A stretch of 64,000 nucleotides of DNA from Minisyncoccota bacterium (GTDB lineage Bacteria > Patescibacteriota > Minisyncoccia > Phycocordibacterales > UBA9973), in NCBI GenBank assembly GCA_041661005.1, contig JBAZVG010000001.1, forward strand, positions 295,544-359,543. Reading direction: 5' to 3'. Made by a program: the position numbers and the translations under genes. The notes beneath the pieces were generated by a model that saw only the letters and a program-made list of their open reading frames with translations, did not search any database and was not told the origin of the DNA. This document shows positions 61,230 through 64,000 of this stretch, piece by piece. Within the stretch, counting starts at the first letter, position 1. Every line of letters begins with the position of its first letter.

Positions 61230-63938
61230 TTATTGCGCATTCATCATCGCCTTCGTCTTCGGACCAACTAGTCCATCGGATACTAGATTGTGATCAGTTT
61301 GCCATTTCTTGATAACTGCAATTGTCTTAGGGCCGAGAATTCCATCCAGAACTAGACCAAGATTTAGTTTGTCATTCAAGAATCTCTGAAGTTCTTTGAC
61401 GGCTTCACCTCGGCTCCAGAGTCTTAGAGTGACCGTGCCGAGATTGTAATTTGAAGCGCTGGTTGGAACATTTCCAATACAGGAAACTCCAGTGGTTGAA
61501 GAGAAGCCAGATGTTCTGTTGCCACAGCCTGGGATGGTGGAAGGGGTGGTAGGAGGAGCAACCACGATTGGTGTTTTTGATACTGAAGCATTCATCATGG
61601 CTTTGGTTTTAGCTCCAATTAATCCGTCTGGTACTAGACCATGATCGAGTTGCCATTTCTTGATGACGATAATTGTTTGTACGCCTAGTTTACCATCTAC
61701 TACTAGACCTAGATTCATTGTGGCATTCAAGAATCTCTGTAGTTCCTTGACTGCTTCACCAACACTACCTTCCTTGAGAGTGACATTACCGAAGTTGTAG
61801 GTACCAGAGGATGAAGAATTTAGAGCACATGATTGACCAGTAGTTTTACTGAAGCCAACTGTTCCATTGTCACATCCTGCAATTGTATTGAGTGGACTAT
61901 TTCCGCCTAATGTATCTGAAGGAGGATTATTGACATTACCTCCTCCTCCCCCAGGAGAAGGTTGAGTGACAGATGGAATGACGGTAAAAGTAGCAATGAC
62001 AGTTGAATCTTGAGTAGGGACAAAGGAACATGAGTTTACTCCAGAGCAGTATCCACCACTCCAACCGGTGAAGGTGGAACCAGATGATGGAGTTGCGGTG
62101 AGAGTGATTGCACTACCTGTAGTGTGACTACAGTCTGTGCCACAATTAATGCCTGTGGCTGTGACAGTACCGCTACCAGACCCAGATTTGTTGACAGTAA
62201 CAGTATGAGTAGAAGGAGTAGGATCAGTGCCTTCGATTACTGTATAAGTGGAAAAGCCAGAGACAGTGAAGACAAGAGTCTTTCCTTGACCTGCGACTGT
62301 AGAGTAAGAAGGAGTGCCACAAGTGGTACATAATACTCCATCTTTTAATATTTTTACTGTATTAAAGGAGAGGTTGTAGAGAGTGATGGTAGCAGGACGG
62401 TTTAACTCAGGAAGTGAAGTAGAATTGAGAGTGACTAAGGCTTGTCCAATAGTGAGATGAGAGTCGATGTCAAGCGCATCACCATTACTCTTGATTAACG
62501 GAGCGTTGGTGAAGGAAACTTTGCCATATGCAGTACCCAAGTCGAAAGAAGATGAATTGAGATCACCGCTTAGTGTAGGTTTGATTGTGAAATGGGTGAG
62601 TTTAGGCAAAGGACAGCCAAGGGTGTTAACTGTTACCCCAAGCGGAGTGCTACCACATTTATCATTAATATTTAAGACTCCATCGTTGTCCAAGTCATTA
62701 GAAGGAGGAGTCGGGAGAGTTGAGAAAGTTCCATCACCGGATGTAGTAGGATTCCCAGCTGCATCAGTTGAGATTATTCGGTAGTGGTAGATGCTGTTAG
62801 GAGTGAGAGAAATTAATGTCATTGTTCCAGAAGAAGTGGAAGCACTGCTATTGCCATATCCAACTGTCGCTCCATATTGAATGATGGTGGTAGTAGGTTC
62901 ATTGTTAGACCAAGAAATGGTGGCACTGGTTGTGGTTAAGTTAGAAGCATTGATACCGGTGATGGAAGGAGCAGTGGTGTCGGCAGGGATGGAAGAAATT
63001 GAAATAGAACAAGATGCTGTGGTTCCTCCGTTTGAACCTAGACATGACCAGAGGTAGTTGGTACTGGTGTCAGTGATGTCGGAGAAGGTGCCGGTGGTGC
63101 ATTGATTGAGGGTGGTGGAGCAGAGGCCGTTCTCAGGAGTTTGGGTACTGCCACCAGAATATTCATAGGCACCTATGTCCCAAGAGGATCCACGGGTAAT
63201 TCCTGACCTATCTTTAAGAATAAATGAGTCGGATCCAGATAAATTTAGATTGGGTAGCGAAGACAGATTTCTTCCTTTATTGATTACATTTGTCGAATTT
63301 GATGTCGGAGCAAGATTTGCACTGAGTTGCGGGTTTTGAGTTTCGCTCATATCAGTCGTGTATCGCTGTGGCAAAAATACATTGGCTGAATTTTGACTTT
63401 TAAATGTTGCGTACGGCATGGTAAATTCCACATTAAATGTACCCATGTCTTTCATGTTGACTTGAACTTTTGTGCTTGCACCTGCTGGACCGGGGGCATA
63501 AATATTATTATCAAAGACAACATTGTTATTGGTCGAGCCTCCCCACCCAGTGATGCCCCATTTTGGATTTAGGTCTCGTCCAAATCCTATGCCGGTAGAA
63601 TTGGTCATTGAATTATCGTAGAAAATATTATTGAGAACGTAGAAATTGGAAATAGTAGGGTCATAGGGAATCGGATTGTTGCCATCAGACTGGCCACCTT
63701 GTCCGGCAGAGGCATAGAGATGGAGTCCTGAACCGCTTCCGGTAAAGCCGACCATGGTGTTATTTGCAATTACTACATCAGATATCGAAGCCCACGAACC
63801 ACCGCTTGGAGCTTGAGGCGAGAATGTGATACCGAGACTCCCGGTTTGAGCGCTTGCATTGGTGTAGCCACTGCCGACATTGTTTATCATTCTGATACAA
63901 CATAAATTAGCATCATTGACTTCAGGAAGTGGGTTCAT
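61230..63938 (-). CDS. Large surface protein (>=902 aa): beta-helix-like N-region, FN3/Ig-like middle, two C-terminal peptidoglycan-binding repeats. 5' end may extend beyond the window.
   Basis: The ORF reaches the window edge without an obvious signal peptide at the first Met. The C-terminal 'GEAVKELQRFLN...LVxDGxxGxKT' segment is duplicated. Ser/Thr/Gly-rich low-complexity regions. Confidence 0.55.
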   Translation of the reverse strand: MNPLPEVNDANLCCIRMINNVGSGYTNASAQTGSLGITFSPQAPSGGSWASISDVVIANNTMVGFTGSGSGLHLYASAGQGGQSDGNNPIPYDPTISNFYVLNNIFYDNSMTNSTGIGFGRDLNPKWGITGWGGSTNNNVVFDNNIYAPGPAGASTKVQVNMKDMGTFNVEFTMPYATFKSQNSANVFLPQRYTTDMSETQNPQLSANLAPTSNSTNVINKGRNLSSLPNLNLSGSDSFILKDRSGITRGSSWDIGAYEYSGGSTQTPENGLCSTTLNQCTTGTFSDITDTSTNYLWSCLGSNGGTTASCSISISSIPADTTAPSITGINASNLTTTSATISWSNNEPTTTIIQYGATVGYGNSSASTSSGTMTLISLTPNSIYHYRIISTDAAGNPTTSGDGTFSTLPTPPSNDLDNDGVLNINDKCGSTPLGVTVNTLGCPLPKLTHFTIKPTLSGDLNSSSFDLGTAYGKVSFTNAPLIKSNGDALDIDSHLTIGQALVTLNSTSLPELNRPATITLYNLSFNTVKILKDGVLCTTCGTPSYSTVAGQGKTLVFTVSGFSTYTVIEGTDPTPSTHTVTVNKSGSGSGTVTATGINCGTDCSHTTGSAITLTATPSSGSTFTGWSGGYCSGVNSCSFVPTQDSTVIATFTVIPSVTQPSPGGGGGNVNNPPSDTLGGNSPLNTIAGCDNGTVGFSKTTGQSCALNSSSSGTYNFGNVTLKEGSVGEAVKELQRFLNATMNLGLVVDGKLGVQTIIVIKKWQLDHGLVPDGLIGAKTKAMMNASVSKTPIVVAPPTTPSTIPGCGNRTSGFSSTTGVSCIGNVPTSASNYNLGTVTLRLWSRGEAVKELQRFLNDKLNLGLVLDGILGPKTIAVIKKWQTDHNLVSDGLVGPKTKAMMNAQ

Positions 63939-64000
63939 ATAGAATCCCTGACTCGTGCGATCGTATTCGCCAAAGTCGTAAAAATAATTACTCCATACTC

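Noticed and set aside
1-64000. CRISPR arrays, transposases, integrases or recombinases
   Set aside because: No regularly spaced direct repeats, and no DDE, HUH, tyrosine or serine recombinase motifs recognised in any ORF. Mobile-element hypotheses therefore rest only on repeats and composition.

Overview
The window is a low-GC (~35%), gene-dense bacterial contig. Its content looks like a Candidate Phyla Radiation / Patescibacteria-type genome. That is inference from the short housekeeping genes, the fragmentary dcw cluster (mraZ-rsmH-ftsL-ftsI-murF here, ftsA-ftsZ elsewhere), B12-scavenging genes, pilin and large surface proteins, and many small hypothetical ORFs.

Core genes recognised from motifs: dnaB (3' part), recR, rplU, an AI-2E transporter, cysS, dnaJ, rsmE, dnaK, murF, ftsI, rsmH, mraZ, lysS, greA, rpsU, ybeY, ftsA, ftsZ, trxB, a family-4 UDG, tsaD, valS, a PrsW-like protease, Hsp20, a type IV pilin and a ~900-aa surface protein. 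Four tRNAs were found by hand-folding: Glu-CUC (+), Ser-CGA (-), Glu-UUC (-) and Val-GAC (+).

Accessory and unusual content:
- Two paralogous modules at 6.4-15.1 kb, each pairing a HerA/VirB4-superfamily P-loop ATPase with a ~570-aa cysteine-rich protein carrying terminal zinc ribbons. One ATPase shares its C-terminal ribbon with the Cys-rich proteins.
- A defence island bounded by tRNA-Ser and tRNA-Glu(UUC) at 42-52 kb. It holds a SMODS-type nucleotidyltransferase + SLATT-like 2TM protein + NUDIX hydrolase (minimal CBASS-like module). It also holds an R-M system whose methyltransferase is fused to a complete LexA-like repressor, with a PD-ExK endonuclease and an XRE controller. A DUF4238-led block of 7 small genes follows.
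- A ~125-200 bp element with a 25-29-bp hairpin begins inside the 3' end of both tRNA-Glu genes, in inverted orientation ~31.7 kb apart.
- A ~30-bp promoter-like motif recurs six times and organises a small-gene cassette array at 21.4-24.3 kb.
- Two ~240-nt copies of a structured element with conserved ends and covarying internal hairpins flank a HicAB-like cassette. Each copy begins with a perfect DnaA box.
- A candidate cobalamin riboswitch precedes a DUF4430 (transcobalamin-like) gene.
- There are several perfect palindromic operator-like sites.
- There are several GC-rich ORF-poor islands, one of them a ~650-bp hairpin-dense region.

No CRISPR array, transposase or integrase was recognised. 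All calls are from reading the sequence and ORF translations; no database search was run.
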